Part shown: piece by piece, positions 17,656 through 28,066 of the stretch
How the letters are laid out: the number at the start of each line of letters is the position of its first letter
Position numbering within the stretch: position 1 is the stretch's first letter
Assembly (NCBI GenBank): GCA_963781225.1
Contig: CAWAFD010000004.1
Span: 32,353-96,352 of the forward strand
DNA: 64,000 nt
Source: an uncultured Actinomycetota bacterium
GTDB lineage: Bacteria; Actinomycetota; Actinomycetes; Streptosporangiales; Streptosporangiaceae
Direction of reading: 5' to 3'
Translations under genes and position numbers: made by a program
The notes under the pieces: model-generated
What the model was told of the DNA's origin: nothing
What the model saw: only the letters and a program-made list of their open reading frames with translations
Databases searched by the model: none

Positions 17656-18013
17656 GGGCTCATTCTCCGGACGGCCTGGAGCGCTGTCGTCAGCCTCCGG
17701 GCGCGGTCGGCCTGCTCCCAGCGACGACTCTGCGCCCCCCGGCCTACCTCAGCCGTAGAAGCTCCCGCACCGCCCACACCCATCTCTCCGCTCCCAGCCC
17801 CACCCATCCCACAGGCGGCATGCCCGCCGGGCGTGGTGGCGGCAATGACGGCCGCGCTCTTGCTGGGGCCTGGCCGCGGTGCTGGCCGCGGTCGCGAGCC
17901 GCACAACAGTGCGCCGCGACATCGCCTGACGTTCCGTCCTGCGCCCGCTGCTTACTGTCATGATCCTGGGGCCGAGGTATGGCGCCTGAGCAGCGGGCGT
18001 GCACACTTAAGGG

Positions 18014-18577
18014 GTGGCACGCGTTATCGCTGGCGAGGCGGGCGGTCGTCGGCTCGTGGTCCCGGACGGGCAGCAGACCCGGCCGACGAGCGACCGGGCT
18101 CGTGAAGGGCTATTCGGCACGGTCGCCTCGATCGTGGGACCGCTGGCCGGGGCGCGCGTGCTCGACTTGTACGCGGGCTCGGGCGCGGTTGGCCTGGAGG
18201 CCCTGTCCCGGGGCGCCGAGCATGTGCTGCTGGTAGAGAGCGGCGCCCGGGCCGCCCGCGTTATCGGCAAGAACATCGACGCCATCGGCCTGCCCGGTGC
18301 GGTGGTCGCGACCGACCGGGCTGAGCGGCTGCTGACCCGCGGGCCCGGGGAAGCCGGTTACGACGTGGTATTCGCCGACCCGCCCTACGCCCTGGCCGAC
18401 GCCGCGGTGACGCGGGTGCTAACGCTGCTCACCGAGCACGGCTGGCTGGGGCCGGCCGCGCTGGTCATCGTGGAACGGGCTACCCGGTCCGGACCGCTGA
18501 ACTGGCCAGACGGGTTCATCCCCGACCGGTCGCGCCGCTACGGGGAGGCGACCTTCTGGTATGCCCGCCGATCTTGA
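18014..18577 (+). CDS. rsmD: 16S rRNA (guanine966-N2)-methyltransferase
   Basis: RVIAGEAGGRRL...TRPTSDRAREGLF...DLYAGSGAVGLEALSRGA...FADPPY. Confidence 0.9.
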   Translation: MARVIAGEAGGRRLVVPDGQQTRPTSDRAREGLFGTVASIVGPLAGARVLDLYAGSGAVGLEALSRGAEHVLLVESGARAARVIGKNIDAIGLPGAVVATDRAERLLTRGPGEAGYDVVFADPPYALADAAVTRVLTLLTEHGWLGPAALVIVERATRSGPLNWPDGFIPDRSRRYGEATFWYARRS

Positions 18578-18617
18578 CTCTGGTGTCCTCGACGAAGAGC
18601 AGAAAGGGTGGGAGCGC

Positions 18618-19097
18618 GTGCAACGCGTAGTCTGTCCGGGTTCTTTTGATCCCGTTACCAACGGTCACCTCGACATCATCGCCCGGGCCGCCGGGGTATA
18701 CGACGAGGTCGTAGTCGCCGTCCTGATCAACGTGACGAAGAAGAGCCTGTTCACCGTCGACGAGCGCGTCGACATGCTGCAGCAGGTGACCGGCCAGTAC
18801 GCCAACGTCAGCATCGACCGTTTCCACGGGCTGCTGGTGGACTTCTGTGCCGCCAACGGGATTTCCGCCGTGGTCAAGGGGCTGCGCGCGGTCAGCGATT
18901 TCGAGTACGAGATGCAGATGGCGCAGATGAACTACCGGATGGCCAAGGTCGAGACGATGTTCATGGTGGCCAACCCCGATTATTCTTTCCTGAGTTCCAG
19001 CCTGGTCAAGGAGATCGCCCGCTACGGCGGCGACGTGAGTGGGCTGGTCCCGGACCGGGTGCTGGGCGCGCTGCGCGAACGTTTGGCCGAGGAATAG
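18618..19097 (+). CDS. coaD: Phosphopantetheine adenylyltransferase
   Basis: VCPGSFDPVTNGHLDII. GTG start at 18618 preceded by gaaagggtgggag. Confidence 0.9.
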   Translation: MQRVVCPGSFDPVTNGHLDIIARAAGVYDEVVVAVLINVTKKSLFTVDERVDMLQQVTGQYANVSIDRFHGLLVDFCAANGISAVVKGLRAVSDFEYEMQMAQMNYRMAKVETMFMVANPDYSFLSSSLVKEIARYGGDVSGLVPDRVLGALRERLAEE

Positions 19098-19199
19098 CGC
19101 CCGCCGGAATACCGGCGTGGCGTCGCGAAGTTGGGAATACCGCGCACCGCCGGTAAGCTGTGCGCTCGGTTTCCCTTAGCTTTACGCGAGTACACTGTC

Positions 19200-19886
19200 A
19201 TGCCCAGCACACGCACCAACGCACCTCGTGGCGCCCTCGTCTTCGACATGCGCCAGCTCGGCCGCCAGGCGGGGTCTTCACTGACCCTGCACCGGATCGT
19301 GCCGGCTCCCGAAGACATGCGCCTCGAGCTCGTCGGCGTCCCGGTCGGCGTCGACGTGGATCTCGACGTCCGGTTCGAGGCGGTGTCCGAGGGTGTCCTG
19401 GCCACAGGCTCCGCGACCGTCCCGGTCGCGGGCGAGTGCGCCAGGTGCCTTGGCCCGCTGACCGGGAATGTCGAGGTCAGCTTCCAGGAGCTGTACCTGT
19501 ACGACGACGGGCACCGGGAGCGCGGCTCCCGCGACACCCGCGGGCGGCACGACTCCCGGGGGCGGCATGACACCCGCGACCGGACCGAACGGCATGACGA
19601 GGCCGAAGAGGCTGACGAGCAAGAGCTCTACTACCTCGACGGCGACCAGCTCGACCTCGAACCGGCCTTCCGGGACGCGGTCGTGCTGTCGCTGCCGATG
19701 TCGCCGCTGTGCCGGGACGACTGCCCCGGGCTGTGCGCCGAATGTGGCGTACCGCTCGCGGAGGCCGGCCCGGACCACCGGCACGAGGACGCGGTCGACC
19801 CCCGGTGGGCCGCCCTCAAGCAGCTGGACCAGGAAAGTACCGAACAGGACCGGCGCGCCCGCGCCATCGACCTACAGGAGGGCTGA
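19200..19886 (+). CDS. DUF177 (YceD-like) protein
   Basis: Conserved position upstream of rpmF. C-terminal Cys motifs CRDDCPGLCAECG. Carries an R/D/H-rich insertion (RDTRGRHDSRGRHDTRDRTERHDE). Confidence 0.8.
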   Translation: MPSTRTNAPRGALVFDMRQLGRQAGSSLTLHRIVPAPEDMRLELVGVPVGVDVDLDVRFEAVSEGVLATGSATVPVAGECARCLGPLTGNVEVSFQELYLYDDGHRERGSRDTRGRHDSRGRHDTRDRTERHDEAEEADEQELYYLDGDQLDLEPAFRDAVVLSLPMSPLCRDDCPGLCAECGVPLAEAGPDHRHEDAVDPRWAALKQLDQESTEQDRRARAIDLQEG

Positions 19887-19887
19887 C

Positions 19888-20067
19888 GTGGCGGTTCCCA
19901 AGCGGAGAATGTCCCGCAGCAATACCCGCAGCCGACGTGCGAACTGGAAGACCACGGCTCCCTCGCTGGTGAGCTGTCCGCAGTGCCACGAGCCCAAGCT
20001 TCCGCACGTGGCCTGCCCGACCTGCGGCACCTACCGGCGGCGCCAGGTCATCACACCATCATCCTGA
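19888..20067 (+). CDS. rpmF: 50S ribosomal protein L32
   Basis: VAVPKRRMSRSNTRSRRANWK...CPQCHEPKLPHVACPTCGTY. GTG start after RBS aggaggg. Confidence 0.9.
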   Translation: MAVPKRRMSRSNTRSRRANWKTTAPSLVSCPQCHEPKLPHVACPTCGTYRRRQVITPSS

Positions 20068-20146
20068 AGGAGCTGACCGTCCCGGCCAGCCCGTAGTTAC
20101 CAAACGTGTCTGGCCGGGCATCATCAGCCAATGCTAGGAGGGCGCG

Positions 20147-20968
20147 TTGGGCGTCGTGAGCCGGTCCTGGGACGGTGGTGTGAACGCCGGAAAAGATCCC
20201 GCTGAGCTCCAGCACGCTCTCGGCGTGCCTATTACGCCCGAGTCGCTCGAACGGGCGCTGACGCATCGCTCCTTCGCTTATGAGAACAACAACCCGCCGA
20301 CCAACGAGCGGCTGGAGTTCCTCGGCGACTCTGTCCTGGGCCTGGTCGTGACCGACACCCTGTTCCGCAACTACCCAAGCCTGCCTGAAGGGCAGCTGGC
20401 CAAGCTGCGAGCCGCGGTGGTCCAGATGGGCGCCCTGGCCGATGTGGCCCGCGAGTTCGACCTGGGCTCCTACGTCCGGCTCGGCCGCGGCGAGCAAGTG
20501 ACCGGCGGCCGGAACAAGCCCTCGATCCTGGCCGACACTCTCGAGGCCGTCATCGGCGCGGTCTACATTGACTGCGGGCTGCCCGAGGCCAGCATGCTGG
20601 TGCATCGCCTGTTCGACCCGGTCATCGTCAAATCGGCGCAGCTCGGCGCCGGGCTGGACTGGAAGACCTCGCTGCAGGAGCTCACCGCCGGCCACGTGCT
20701 CGGCGTGCCCGAGTACCAGGTTGAGGAGAGCGGCCCGGATCACCAGAAGTCGTTCCGCGCGACGGTCCGCGTGGGCGGCCGGATGCTCGGTTCCGGGGTC
20801 GGCCGGAGCAAGAAGGCGGCCGAGCAGCAGGCGGCCGAGGCGGCCTGGCGGACGATCACGGCGGAAACCGCCGATCCCGCGCTGCCGGGCGACGGATCGG
20901 CGAGCCCCGGCGGCCGGAAGGAAAACAAGAGCAACGGGAAAGACCCGGGTCCCACGCAGGAGCAGTGA
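20147..20968 (+). CDS. rnc: Ribonuclease III
   Basis: THRSFAYE...[16 protein letters not shown] signature plus a C-terminal dsRBD. TTG start after aggaggg. Confidence 0.9.
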   Translation: MGVVSRSWDGGVNAGKDPAELQHALGVPITPESLERALTHRSFAYENNNPPTNERLEFLGDSVLGLVVTDTLFRNYPSLPEGQLAKLRAAVVQMGALADVAREFDLGSYVRLGRGEQVTGGRNKPSILADTLEAVIGAVYIDCGLPEASMLVHRLFDPVIVKSAQLGAGLDWKTSLQELTAGHVLGVPEYQVEESGPDHQKSFRATVRVGGRMLGSGVGRSKKAAEQQAAEAAWRTITAETADPALPGDGSASPGGRKENKSNGKDPGPTQEQ

Positions 20969-20971
20969 CGG

Positions 20972-21824
20972 GTGCCTGAGCTCCCCGAGGTCGAGACGGT
21001 TCGCCGTGGCCTCGAACAGCACGTAGGCGGGCGGACCGTCGAGGCCGTCCAGGTGCTGCATCCACGCGCCGTGCGCCGCCATCTGGCCGGGCGCGCCCGA
21101 CTTCGAGGCCGTGCTGGCCGGGCGGAGCCTGGACGCAGCCCGGCGGCGGGGCAAGTACCTGTGGCTGTCAGCCGGCGAAGACGGCCTGCTCGCGCACCTG
21201 GGCATGAGCGGCCAGCTACTGGTCGGCGAGCCCAGCCGGCCACTGTCCCCGCACGTCCGGATCCGGTTCACCTTTACTGATGGCGGCCCGGACCTGCGCT
21301 TCACCGACCAGCGCACGTTCGGCCACATGGCCTTCGTGCCAGGTGGCGCCGAACTTCCCGGGCCGATCGCGCACATCGCGCCGGACCCGTTCGAGGCCGC
21401 CTACGACGCCCGCACCGTGGCCACCAGATTGCGGGCGCGCCGGACCGGGATCAAACGCGCGCTGCTGGATCAGACCCTGGTCAGCGGCGTTGGCAACATC
21501 TACGCCGACGAGGCGCTGTGGCGGGCCGGACTGCACTGGGCCCGGCCCACCGAGACGCTCAATGGGCCCGAGGTCAGCCGCCTGCTCGGCGCGGTCCGCG
21601 ATGTCCTGGGCGAGGCGCTGGTGGCCGGCGGTACCTCATTCGACGCGCTCTATGTCAACGTCAACGGGCAGAGCGGCTACTTCGACCGGTCGCTGGCCGT
21701 GTATGGCCGGGAGAACCAGCCATGCCCACGATGCGGCGCCCCGGTGCGCCGTGACGCCTTCATGAACCGCTCCTCCTACACCTGTCCCCGCTGCCAGCCC
21801 CGGCCCCGTCGCGCCCACTGGTAA
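20972..21824 (+). pseudogene. mutM: Formamidopyrimidine-DNA glycosylase, frame-disrupted
   Basis: The catalytic N-terminus [15 protein letters not shown] is in the 20972 frame. The rest ([23 protein letters not shown]...zinc finger CPRCGAPV...CPRCQ) is in the 21111 frame. The junction lies at the C-run near 21093-21099. Confidence 0.8.
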
Positions 21825-22147
21825 TCCGCGGCCCCACCGGCAACCCGGCCCCACCCGCCTCAGGACGTGCCGGCCGCCCTGCATCGGCGCCGTACTTTCG
21901 TCGCGTTCGGTGAGAACAAAACGCCCCATAGACGCCCGTGCCCCTTTGGTCTCACTACGCACCGTTAACACAGGTCGGTCAAAATGGCTTGTTAACGCTG
22001 ATAAGGTGTATAACAGGCGTCTGATGGCCGCTCAACTTGACCAGCGCTCGCCTTGATGAGAAACTAGTCCTGTTGGTAGCGCGCGCGGTTTCGCGCGTGC
22101 TAAGTAATGTGCCCACTCTGGTCACTCAGCGTGGAGGACCTTTAGCA

Positions 22148-22339
22148 ATGGCGAAGGCTCTATTCGGCCACGTCGGCGGTCCCGATCACCGCATGGTTTC
22201 CGAGATGCGCCGCCTCCAGCAGCGAGTACGCGACCTTGAAGCCGAGCTTGTCCGGCTTCAGGAAGAGAATGACGCGCTCGCGGTAGAGGCGACCCACGAG
22301 GACGTGCTGGTGGCGGAACGCGAGCCCGCACTCGTCTGA
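22148..22339 (+). CDS. Small coiled-coil protein (63 aa), function unknown
   Basis: MAKALFGHVGGPDHRMVSEMRRLQQRVRDLEAELVRLQEENDAL. RBS ggagga lies 8 nt upstream of the ATG. The longer 22037 start lacks support. Confidence 0.6.
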   Translation: MAKALFGHVGGPDHRMVSEMRRLQQRVRDLEAELVRLQEENDALAVEATHEDVLVAEREPALV

Positions 22340-22378
22340 CGAGCGCGGTCCGACCCGGCCACACCGCAAAAGCGAATC

Positions 22379-22420
22379 AGGGGCGCCCTTTAGACAGGCG
22401 TCCCTCTTCGTTGTATATCT
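22379..22420 (+). terminator. Candidate intrinsic terminator of the small coiled-coil gene
   Basis: 9-bp stem (aggggcgcc / ggcgtccct, one G-U pair), 9-nt loop, then the T-rich tail cttcgttgtatatct. It lies 40 nt after the stop codon. Confidence 0.5.
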
Positions 22421-22472
22421 GCCCGTGATATGCCGCCAGGCAAACGGGTGACACAGGCGCAGCAACATTTAC

Positions 22473-22501
22473 GGCCGGAAGCCCATTGCGGGCTTCCGGC
22501 C
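22473..22501. other. Perfect 12-bp stem-loop in the smc upstream region
   Basis: ggccggaagccc-attgc-gggcttccggcc, followed by agttt on the plus strand. Function unknown (terminator, sRNA or leader element). Confidence 0.5.
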
Positions 22502-22674
22502 AGTTTGGCATGCCCGCGTGCTGCCCCCAAGCCGTGTCCTCCGGCCGCGTCTGCTGCGGTAGCGGGCCGCGGCGATCCGCCGTGGGCAAATCCGGCACGC
22601 GAGGCTAGCTGCAGTTCACCACCTCGCGGCCCGCGGGACGGTAGGGTGCTGCAAGCAGACAGGAGGGGCTGCAC

Positions 22675-25600
22675 TTGTATCTGAAGAGCCTTACGCTGCG
22701 CGGATTCAAGTCCTTCGCCTCGGCCACCTCGCTCCGCCTGGAGCCCGGCATCACCTGTGTCGTGGGGCCGAACGGCTCCGGCAAGTCCAACGTCGTCGAT
22801 GCCCTGTCCTGGGTCATGGGCGAACAGGGCGCCAAATCCCTGCGCGGCGGCAAGATGGAGGACGTGGTCTTCGCGGGCACCACGTCGCGCCCGCCACTCG
22901 GCCGGGCCGAGGTCACGCTGACCATCGACAACAGCGACGGCGCCCTGCCGATCGAATACGCCGAGGTCACGATCAGCCGGCTCATGTTCCGGTCGGGGCA
23001 GAGCGAGTACGCCATCAACGGTGACCACTGCCGCCTGCTCGATGTCCAGGACCTGCTGTCCGACTCCGGGCTGGGCCGCGAGATGCACGTCATCGTGGGC
23101 CAGGGCCAGCTCGACGACATCCTCCACTCGGGCCCGGAGGCCAGGCGAGCGCTGATCGAGGAAGCGGCCGGCGTGCTCAAGCACCGCAAGCGCAAGGAAA
23201 AGGCGCTGCGCAAGCTGGAGGCGATGCAGGCCAACCTGACCCGGTTGGTAGACCTGACCGCCGAGCTCAGCCGCCGCCTCAAGCCGCTGGGGCGGCAGGC
23301 CGAGGTCGCCCGCAAGGCCGCCGTCATCCAGGCCGAGCTGCGCGACGCCCGGCTGCGGCTGCTGGCCGACGACTACGTGACGCTGGCCGCCGACCTGGCG
23401 CGCGACGAGGCCGACGAGGCCGCGGTGCTGGCCCGCCGGACCGCGCTTGAGCAGGAGGTGGCCCGGGGCCGGGCCAGGGAAAGTGAGCTGGACGCCGCCG
23501 CCCAGCAGGCCGCGGCCGTGCTGGCCGGGGCTCAGGAAACCTGGTTCGCGCTGTCCTCGCTGGCCGAACGGCTGCGCAGCACCCAGCACCTCGCGGCGCA
23601 GCGGAACCGCCTGCTGACCGAGGCCACCGAGCCCGAGCGGCCCGGCCGTGACCCGGATGAGCTGGAGCGGCAGGCCGAGGAGCTGCGCGAGGAAGAAGCC
23701 GTCCTGAACGAGCGGCTGGCGGCCGGCCGCGAGGTGATGTCCGTGGCGGTGGCCGAGCGCACCGCGGCCGAGGCCGAGCTGGCCCGGGCCGAGCGCAGGC
23801 TGGCCGAGGGTGCCAAGGCCGCCGCGGCCAGGTCCCAGCGCCTGGCCCGGCTGCGTGAGCAGGCCGGGGCGGCCGAGAGCCGCACCGTGGCCGCGCGGGA
23901 AGAGATGGACCGCCTCGAGGTCGCCGCCGAGCAGGCCCGCGAGCGCGCGACCTTCGCCCAGGACGACTACGAGGCGGCCAAGGGCCAGACGGGCGACGGT
24001 GGCGAGGACCGCAGCGGGCTGGCCGCCGCGCACGAGCAGGCCACCGCGATCCTCGCCGACCATGCCGAACGGACTGGGGTAGCGCGCACCGCCGAACGTG
24101 AAAGCGCCCGCGAGCTAGCCGCCCGGCGAGCCCGGGCCGAGACCCTGGCCGAGGCCGTGCGCCGCGGCGCCGACGCCTCGGCTGCCCTGCTCGCCGACCC
24201 GGCCCGGTTCACCGGGGTGACCGGGGCGTTCGCCGCCCGGCTGCGGGTCGCCGAAGGCTACGAGGTGGCCATCGCCGCCGCCCTGGGCGCCGCGGCCGAG
24301 GCCATCGCGGTCAGCGACCTGGACGCCGCCGCCGGGATCCTGGCCACCCTGCGCCGCGACGACGCCGGCAGCGCCGCCCTCGTCATCGGCGCAAACGGCT
24401 CGTCTGCTTCAAACGCCCCACCAGCCTCAAATGACTCACTCGCCTCAGCGGGTACCTCGTCCGGCCCGTCGGCCCCACCTGCCCCATCCGGCGCCGGGCC
24501 GTTCGCAGCCGCGGACCTGGTCCGGGCTCCGGCCGAACTCGCTCAGGCCACGGCCGTGCTTCTCCGCAACGTTGTTATCACCGATGACCTGGATGCGGCG
24601 CACCAGGCCGTTCGGCAAAATCCGGACCTCAAGGCCGTGACCCACGCCGGCGATGTGCTCGGCGCGCACTGGGCGCAGGGCGGCGGCGCCCGGCCGCAGA
24701 GCCTGCTCGAGCTGCGTGCCGCGGCCGACGAGGCGGCCGCGAGCCTGGCCGGGGCCGAGCAGCGCTGCGAGGAAGCCGCCGGGCAGCTGGCCGCGGCGAC
24801 CCAGGCTGAAGAGGCGGCCCGCGCCACCGTGACGCAGGCTCAGCGGCGCCGGCAAGAGGCCGACGCCGCGGCCGCGGAGATCTCCGGGCGGCTGGGCCAG
24901 CTGGCGGGTGCGGCCCGCGCGGCCAAGGACGAAGCGGACCGGCTGGAGGCATCGATCACCTCGGCCCGGCTGGCCGCCGAGAAGGACCTGAGCCGGCTGG
25001 AGCAGCTGCGATCCGAGCTCGAGCAGGCCGAGCTGGAGGCCGAGACCCCGGACGACGAGCCCGCCGAGGCCGACTGGGGCCGCGACGACCTGGCCGAGCG
25101 GTGCCAGGTGGCCCGCAACTCCGAGATGGAGGCCCGGCTCGAGGTCCGCACGGCCGAGGAACGGCTGCGGGCCATCGGCGGCCGGGCCGACTCGCTGTCC
25201 GCGACCGCCGCCGCCGAACGGGCCTCGCGGCAGCGCGCCACCCAGCGGCGCCAGCAGCGCGCCACGCAGGCCGCGGTGGCCAGCACGGTCGCGCTGGGCG
25301 CCCGGTATGCGGTGGAAGCGGCCGAGCAATCGGTCGCGGCGGCCCTGGCCCGGCGCACCGAGGCGGAGGCGGTGAGCACCAACGGCGCGGCCGAGCTCAA
25401 GGCGGTCCGGGCCCGGGTCCGTGAGCTGGCCGCCGACCTGGACACGGTGGTCAACACCGCGCACGGCACCGAGATCGCCCGGGCCCAGCACCGGCTGCGG
25501 CTGGAGCAGCTGGCCGAGCATGCGCTGGAGGAGTTCGGCGTCGAGACGGACGTGCTGGTGGCCGAGTACGGCCCCGAGGCGCCCGTCCCGGTGATCGGTG

Positions 25601-26289
25601 ACGAGAACGCGCTGCCGTCCCGCTTCGAGCGGGCCGCGGCCGAACGCCGGGCGGCCGAGGCGCAGCGGAACCTGGACCGGCTGGGCAAGGTCAACCCGCT
25701 GGCGCTGGAGGAGTACGCCGCGCTGACCGAACGGCACGCCTTCCTGGCCACCCAGCTGGAAGACCTGCGCAAGACCCGGCGGGACCTGCTCACCGTGGTC
25801 AAGGAGGTCGATGACCGGGTGCAGGAGGTGTTCGCCTCGGCGTACGCCGACACCGCCCGCGAGTTTGAGCACCTCTTCGGTCGGCTGTTCCCTGGCGGCC
25901 AGGGCAATCTGGTGCTGACCGAGCCGGATGACATGCTGGCCACCGGCATCGAGATCGAGGCCCGGCCGCCCGGCAAGAAGGTCAAGCGGCTGTCGCTGCT
26001 GTCTGGCGGGGAACGCTCGCTGACCGCGATTGCCTACCTGTTCGCGATCTTCAAGGCCCGCCCCTCACCGTTCTACGTGCTCGACGAGGTCGAGGCGGCG
26101 CTGGACGACACCAACCTGCAGCGGCTCCTCACCGTCTTCGAGGAGCTGCGGGAGAGCTCGCAGCTGATCGTCATCACCCACCAGCGCCGGACCATGGAGG
26201 CCGCGGATGCGCTCTACGGCATCACCATGCGCGGCGACGGCGTCTCCACCGTGATCAGCCAGCAGCTCGCCACCCGCCAGCCCGCCTGA
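22675..26289 (+). CDS. smc: Chromosome segregation protein SMC
   Basis: 1204 aa. N-terminal Walker A GPNGSGKSN, long coiled coils, a hinge, and a C-terminal LSGGE signature with Walker B (FYVLDEVEAALD). Confidence 0.95.
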   Translation: MYLKSLTLRGFKSFASATSLRLEPGITCVVGPNGSGKSNVVDALSWVMGEQGAKSLRGGKMEDVVFAGTTSRPPLGRAEVTLTIDNSDGALPIEYAEVTISRLMFRSGQSEYAINGDHCRLLDVQDLLSDSGLGREMHVIVGQGQLDDILHSGPEARRALIEEAAGVLKHRKRKEKALRKLEAMQANLTRLVDLTAELSRRLKPLGRQAEVARKAAVIQAELRDARLRLLADDYVTLAADLARDEADEAAVLARRTALEQEVARGRARESELDAAAQQAAAVLAGAQETWFALSSLAERLRSTQHLAAQRNRLLTEATEPERPGRDPDELERQAEELREEEAVLNERLAAGREVMSVAVAERTAAEAELARAERRLAEGAKAAAARSQRLARLREQAGAAESRTVAAREEMDRLEVAAEQARERATFAQDDYEAAKGQTGDGGEDRSGLAAAHEQATAILADHAERTGVARTAERESARELAARRARAETLAEAVRRGADASAALLADPARFTGVTGAFAARLRVAEGYEVAIAAALGAAAEAIAVSDLDAAAGILATLRRDDAGSAALVIGANGSSASNAPPASNDSLASAGTSSGPSAPPAPSGAGPFAAADLVRAPAELAQATAVLLRNVVITDDLDAAHQAVRQNPDLKAVTHAGDVLGAHWAQGGGARPQSLLELRAAADEAAASLAGAEQRCEEAAGQLAAATQAEEAARATVTQAQRRRQEADAAAAEISGRLGQLAGAARAAKDEADRLEASITSARLAAEKDLSRLEQLRSELEQAELEAETPDDEPAEADWGRDDLAERCQVARNSEMEARLEVRTAEERLRAIGGRADSLSATAAAERASRQRATQRRQQRATQAAVASTVALGARYAVEAAEQSVAAALARRTEAEAVSTNGAAELKAVRARVRELAADLDTVVNTAHGTEIARAQHRLRLEQLAEHALEEFGVETDVLVAEYGPEAPVPVIGDENALPSRFERAAAERRAAEAQRNLDRLGKVNPLALEEYAALTERHAFLATQLEDLRKTRRDLLTVVKEVDDRVQEVFASAYADTAREFEHLFGRLFPGGQGNLVLTEPDDMLATGIEIEARPPGKKVKRLSLLSGGERSLTAIAYLFAIFKARPSPFYVLDEVEAALDDTNLQRLLTVFEELRESSQLIVITHQRRTMEAADALYGITMRGDGVSTVISQQLATRQPA

Positions 26290-26388
26290 CCGCTAGGCAG
26301 CCCCGCACTTCTGCGTAGATGACGCGTGGCGGGTAGGTTGGCGGACGACCCCCGCCCAATGTGAAGACCCGGCGGGGACTGGGAGACT

Positions 26389-27552
26389 GTGAGCCTGATG
26401 GAATACGTGATTCTGATCATCGTCCTGGCCGTCCTGGCGGTAGGCCTCGGCGGCTTCCTGCTGTTCATGCGGCCGCGCCGCCGCGGCACGATCGCGCCGC
26501 CCAGCCAGCCGCCGGCCGCGCCCCCGTCCGGCGGTGCGGGCGGGACCCCGGCCGCGACCACATCCGAGCCCGCCCCCGAGACGGCCGCGGCCGCGACTGC
26601 GGTGCTCGAGGTCGAGCGCCCGCCGCCCTCGGCCGGGCGGCTGGTCCGGCTGCGGGCCCGGCTGGCGCGCTCGCAGAGCTCGGTGGGCTCGGCCCTGCTC
26701 AGCCTGCTGTCCCGGGACCGGCTGGACGACGACACGTGGGATGAGATCGAAGAGGTCCTCATCACCGCCGACGTGGGCGTGACGCCGGCCCGGCAGATGG
26801 TGGACGACCTGCGCACCAAGGTCAAGGTGCTGGGTGCGCGGGGACCCGAGGAGGTCAGGGCGCTGCTGCGCTCCGAGCTGCTGGACCAGCTGCGGGTGGC
26901 CGAGCACGACGACCGGTCGCTGCACACCACGCCGCACAACGGGATCCCCGCGGTGCTGCTCATGGTGGGCGTGAACGGCACCGGCAAGACCACCACCTGC
27001 GGCAAGCTGGCCCGGGCGCTGATCGGGGACGGCCAGACGGTCCTGCTCGGCGCGGCCGACACCTTCCGCGCCGCCGCCGCTGACCAGCTGCAGACCTGGG
27101 GTGAGCGGGTCGGGGCCGAGACCGTCCGCGCCGACCGCGACCAGGCCGACCCGGCCAGCGTGGCCTTCGAGGCCGTCAGCGAGGGCATCAAGACCGGCGT
27201 CGACACGGTGCTCATCGACACGGCCGGCCGCCTGCACACCAAGACCGACCTGATGGACGAGCTCGGCAAGGTCAAGCGGGTAGTGGAAAAGAAGGCTCCG
27301 GTTAACGAGGTGCTCCTGGTACTGGATGCAACCACGGGACAGAACGGGCTGCGTCAAGCCCGTGTGTTTGCCGAGGTCGTGGCCGTCACGGGTATCGTCT
27401 TGACCAAGCTCGACGGCACCGCCAAGGGCGGGATCGTCATCGCCGTCCAGCGTGAGCTCGGCGTCCCGGTCAAGCTGGTTGGTCTGGGTGAGGGCCCGGA
27501 CGACCTGGCCCCGTTCGACCCCGAGGTGTTCGTGGACGCGCTCATCGGCTGA
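26389..27552 (+). CDS. ftsY: Signal recognition particle receptor FtsY
   Basis: N-terminal TM helix, then an NG domain with GVNGTGKTTT, DTAGR and TKLDGTAKGG. Confidence 0.95.
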   Translation: MSLMEYVILIIVLAVLAVGLGGFLLFMRPRRRGTIAPPSQPPAAPPSGGAGGTPAATTSEPAPETAAAATAVLEVERPPPSAGRLVRLRARLARSQSSVGSALLSLLSRDRLDDDTWDEIEEVLITADVGVTPARQMVDDLRTKVKVLGARGPEEVRALLRSELLDQLRVAEHDDRSLHTTPHNGIPAVLLMVGVNGTGKTTTCGKLARALIGDGQTVLLGAADTFRAAAADQLQTWGERVGAETVRADRDQADPASVAFEAVSEGIKTGVDTVLIDTAGRLHTKTDLMDELGKVKRVVEKKAPVNEVLLVLDATTGQNGLRQARVFAEVVAVTGIVLTKLDGTAKGGIVIAVQRELGVPVKLVGLGEGPDDLAPFDPEVFVDALIG

Positions 27553-28023
<471 letters not shown>

Positions 28024-28066
28024 TCGGGCCCAGTGAACGGAGACTGACGGGCGCCCCGGGGGACGC

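Noticed and set aside
17656-18013. ORFs in the gap between the glycosyltransferase and rsmD (17515-18105, 17589-17963, 17595-17906, 17744-18004 and 17749-18006).
   Set aside because: They mutually overlap in several frames on both strands, give P/R/A-rich translations, and have no motifs or plausible start contexts.
21940-22147. Repeated GTTAAC sites and a gcgcgcg...cgcgtgc hairpin (about 22077-22100) upstream of the small coiled-coil gene, considered as an operator or riboswitch.
   Set aside because: These are only short, imperfect elements in an AT-rich promoter-like stretch. No known riboswitch core is recognisable, and the evidence is too weak to report as a feature.
22390-24063. 557-aa ORF antisense to smc. 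Similar long shadow ORFs occur at 24445-25872, 24840-25985, 26293-27618, 28757-30865, 12145-13374, 14212-16434, 53146-54720 and 51111-52154.
   Set aside because: They are G/R/P/A-rich low-complexity translations lying opposite or out of frame to strongly motif-supported genes. Such ORFs are expected from stop-codon scarcity in DNA of about 70% GC. None has recognisable motifs.
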